From contig NC_081390.1 in the NCBI RefSeq assembly GCF_030684315.1, positions 12,958,001 to 13,022,000 on the forward strand: DNA of 64,000 nt, written 5' to 3'. This DNA comes from Stegostoma tigrinum (taxonomy: Eukaryota). Position 1 is the first letter of the stretch. Each line of letters starts with the position of its first letter. Below, piece after piece: positions 62,030 to 64,000 of this stretch. Position numbers and translations under genes: made by a program. The notes beneath the pieces were generated by a model. That model did not search any database and was not told where the DNA came from. It saw only the letters and a program-made list of their open reading frames with translations.

Positions 62030-63172
62030 AATTAGATCACATGGGATCCAGCGAGAGCGAGCCAACTGGATAAAAAATTGGCTTGGTGGTAGGAGATAGA
62101 GCATGATGGCAGAGGGTTGTTTTTTGGACTAGAAGCCTGTGACTATTTATTCTGCAGCATTTGGTGCTCGTTCCGTTGTTTATGATTTATGTAAGTGATC
62201 TGGATGAGAATGTTGGAAGCATGGTTAGTTAGTTTACAGATTAGATTAGACTAGCTTAGATTCCCTACAGTGTGGAAATGACACCAAAATTGGTGGCAAC
62301 GTAGTCAGTGAAGAAGTTTATCTAAGAGTATAACGGGATCCTGATCAGTTGGTCCAATGGGCCAAGGAGTGGCAGATATTGGTTAACTTAGATAGATATG
62401 AAGTATTGAATTTTGATAAGCCAAACCAGGGCAGGGCTTATACAGTTAATGGTAGGGCCCTGGGAGTGTTGTCGAACAGAGAGACCTTGGGGTTCAGGTA
62501 CCTAGTTCCTTGAAAGTGGAGTCGCAGTAGACAGGGCGGTAAAGAAGGCATCTGGCATGTGTACTTCATTGATCAGATCAATGAGTCTATGAGTTGGAGC
62601 GTTATGCTGTACAAAGCAGATTGGTGAGGCCATTTTTGGAATGCTACATTTAGCTCTGGTCACCCTGTTATAGTAAAGATATTATTAAACTTAAAATGGA
62701 GCAGAAAAGATTTGCACAGGTATTACTGGGGCTAGACGGCTTGTGTTATGAGGAGAGGCTGGGTAATCAGGGACTTTTTTCCCTGAAGCATAAGAGGTTG
62801 AAGGGTGACCTTATAGATGCTAATAAAATCATGAGGAGCATGGATAGGATGGATAGTCAAGGTCTTTTCCCCAGGTTAGGGGAGTTCAAAACTAGAGGGC
62901 ATAGGTTTAAGGTGAGAGGGGAAAGATCTAAAAGGGACCAAAGGAGCAACTTTTTCACACAGAGGGTGGTGCATGCGTGGAATGAGCTGCCAGAGGAAGT
63001 GGTGGAGGCTGGTACAATTACATCATTTAAAAGGCATCTGGATGGGTACATGAATACGGGCCAAATGCTGGCAAATGGGACTAGGTTAATTTAGGATATC
63101 TGTCAGCATGGATGAGTTGGACTAAAGGGCCTGTTTCCATGTTGTACACCTCTATGACTCTATCACTCTATG
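62030..63172 (+). mobile_element. CR1 LINE 3' fragment
   Basis: ORF 62696-63094 YEERLG..GLFSL..RLKGDLI...WNELPEEVVEAG; (GACTCTAT)-type tail. Confidence 0.87.
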
Positions 63173-64000
63173 AGGGGGCAGCCTGAAGCTGCAAATGGCA
63201 GCTTCTCTCAAGAAAACCAGGCCACTACCGGAATGGCAGGTTTTATCAGGAACTGGGCAATGTTATCCCTTGATTATGATCCAGTGTTGTTTTTGGAAAC
63301 CCCTGTACAGATTTACTGAGACTGATTCCTGTTAATTCTAAAAAAGCGGAGATCTGAGATGAGGATGAGGATTCAGTGGGAATGACTCAGCCTGTCACTG
63401 TGGAAGTCTAGGGAAAGTCACACTGATGGATTTATGGTAAAGACAGGACCATTCACTGTGTGGAAGATGAGGTTATTAAAACCACCACATGCCATTTGGT
63501 TGGATTTCTTCAATAATATTCACCAGTCATGGGTCTTCATCAAATTAGAGGCAAACTTCTTTTGCTTTAATCAGAGACAGCAGACCGTGTCTTGGTTTAA
63601 TGCCTTATACAGAATTCAGTATCACTGAGAGTGCAGCATTCCCTCTGTACTGGCACCATAGTATTGGCTCAGATTTTTGTTCCAGTCTCTGGGCAGGGGC
63701 TTGTACCTACAATCAGTTGACTCGGAAGCTATGGCCTGGCTAATACTATCATACTCTTCATCGGGCACAAGTGCTAGACTGTCTCTTCAATAAACAAACC
63801 AGCAACTACTGCAACTGTACCTGCACCGTATGGCCTGCAGTGGTCTAAGAAGGCAGCTCATGACCATCTTCTCAAAGATATTTGGGGATGGACAACAAAT
63901 AAGGACCTTTGCCAGCGATGTTTACATCCCAAGAAAGAATTGCAACAAGAATTCTCAGGATGGTAATGCAATCTAAACGTAGTCAGTTTCTGGTACACAG

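Noticed and set aside
57761-64000. DUSP13B-like gene as a truncated pseudogene lacking the catalytic exon
   Set aside because: Exons 1-2 and their splice sites are intact; the corresponding introns in genes 1 and 2 are 4-7 kb and this one holds over 4 kb of TE, so exon 3 most likely lies beyond the window.

Overview
Eukaryotic, AT-rich, repeat-dense vertebrate DNA. The repeat set (HE1-type tRNA SINEs, CR1/HER1-type LINEs, Deu-domain SINEs, Penelope-like elements) points to a cartilaginous fish, most likely a shark. The genic content is a + strand tandem cluster of three atypical dual-specificity phosphatase genes sharing one exon/intron-phase plan: (1) DUSP13A/MDSP-like (CDS 16612-16778, 19801-20018, 26731-26930; 194 aa; P-loop HCAFGYSRS); (2) an extra paralogue not clearly matching a human gene (42480-42649, 44966-45183, 49321-49547; 204 aa; HCILGMSRS); (3) DUSP13B/TMDP-like (54842-54993, 57540-57760; the catalytic exon lies beyond the window). 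A CpG-rich island at ~11500-12060 carries a minus-strand splice donor (probable non-coding first exon of a divergent gene, SAMD8 by synteny inference) and three CTCF-like motifs at an exact 64-bp period. The least expected layer is a Penelope-like (PLE) retroelement system: two PLE families, a fold-back PLE, and many 100-250 bp derivatives that carry minimal hammerhead-ribozyme cores and 12-15 bp target-site duplications, several inside DUSP introns. Most short ORFs in the supplied track are transposon debris or noise. Repeat boundaries are approximate; family names come from recall, not database searches.
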